Below, in pieces: positions 63,482 through 64,000 of a DNA stretch of 64,000 nt. Location of the stretch: contig VJWM01000011.1 in NCBI GenBank assembly GCA_010909165.1, forward strand, positions 1,364,001 to 1,428,000, in the 5' to 3' direction. Source of the stretch: Anthoceros angustus (taxonomy: Eukaryota; Plantae; Anthocerotophyta). Within the stretch, counting starts at the first letter, position 1; the number at the start of each line of letters is the position of its first letter. Under the pieces are notes generated by a model. It had not been told where the DNA came from and ran no database searches. It was given only the letters and a program-made list of their open reading frames with translations. Both the position numbers and the translations under genes were made by a program.

Positions 63482-64000
63482 ATGGCCACAGCGAAGGCTC
63501 AAGCTTCTTTTCTTCTCTTTGCACGTCATTGGCTTTCAGGCGGGACCCAGCAAATTCCTGCGTGCACAGGGATTCAGCGAGGAGCTCCTGCTAACCTCAT
63601 CTTAGGGAGTCGACCCCTGGCAAGCAAAGCCTCCAGGTGCAGCAGTGTAAGGAGCCCAGCACTTCCTCTTCTGAGAAAGTGTGTGGGTAGGGACGGGTTT
63701 TCCAGCGATGGGCGTTGCCAGGAGCAGGAGCACTTGTGGCAACAATTTTCTCTGGACCCTACCATGTGGTGGGACGACAGACGAGATAAGAAGAGCTCCC
63801 GTTCTCCTGACTTCCGGCGAAAGGGGTCCAGCGAGGTGCTGTGCTTAAGCCAGCTTGGGTTGATGAGCAGCTCATTTCCTTGGATATGCAGATGGGCCAT
63901 GGTGCCAGTGTGAGGAGCCCAGCACTTCCACATCCGATCGGCCCATGCTGCCAGTGGAAGGAGCTCAGCACTTCCACATCCGATGGGCCATGGTGCCTCT
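63482..64000 (+). pseudogene. Duplicate 5' part of the 34252 PPR pseudogene
   Basis: Same MATAKAQ start and WWDDRRDK..PDFRRK motif. Confidence 0.85.

Larger units (their letters stand above)
60463..64000 (+). repeat. Direct copy of 31227-~34770 (PPR pseudogene end, 29-bp repeat, dirigent, PPR 5' region); runs off window
   Basis: Near-identical sequence; starts at microhomology CTGTGTTGCCC. Confidence 0.93.

Overview
Land-plant nuclear DNA, most likely a hornwort (Anthoceros-like). This is inferred from GRP-terminated DYW:KP PPR proteins, short introns and about 50% GC; a lycophyte or fern is not excluded. The first ~47 kb is a mosaic of genes and mobile-element relics. Genes: PLS-class PPR RNA-editing-factor genes and pseudogenes, a GH3 acyl-acid amido synthetase with two decayed paralogous loci, a secreted lipocalin with a large helical insertion, a dirigent gene, an hnRNP-R/Q-like 3-RRM gene and a split kinase pseudogene. 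Mobile elements: Copia, Gypsy, CRE-like non-LTR and MITE relics. From 49.4 kb onward nothing is new sequence. It is a fold-back inverted duplication (~15.5 kb, centred in a PPR gene) followed by three more copied blocks joined by 9-11 bp microhomologies. That is either a real template-switching rearrangement or an amplification/assembly chimera. Best leads: (1) PPR editing factors, one of the candidate U-to-C DYW:KP type, carrying an N-terminal motif like the OSB ssDNA-binding PDF motif; (2) the domain-inserted lipocalin; (3) the PPR hairpin and rearrangement chain; (4) an antisense ORF inside a Copia element. Many frameshifts are 1-bp losses in short G/C runs, so some 'pseudogene' calls may be long-read consensus errors. 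All calls are by eye; no database searches were run.
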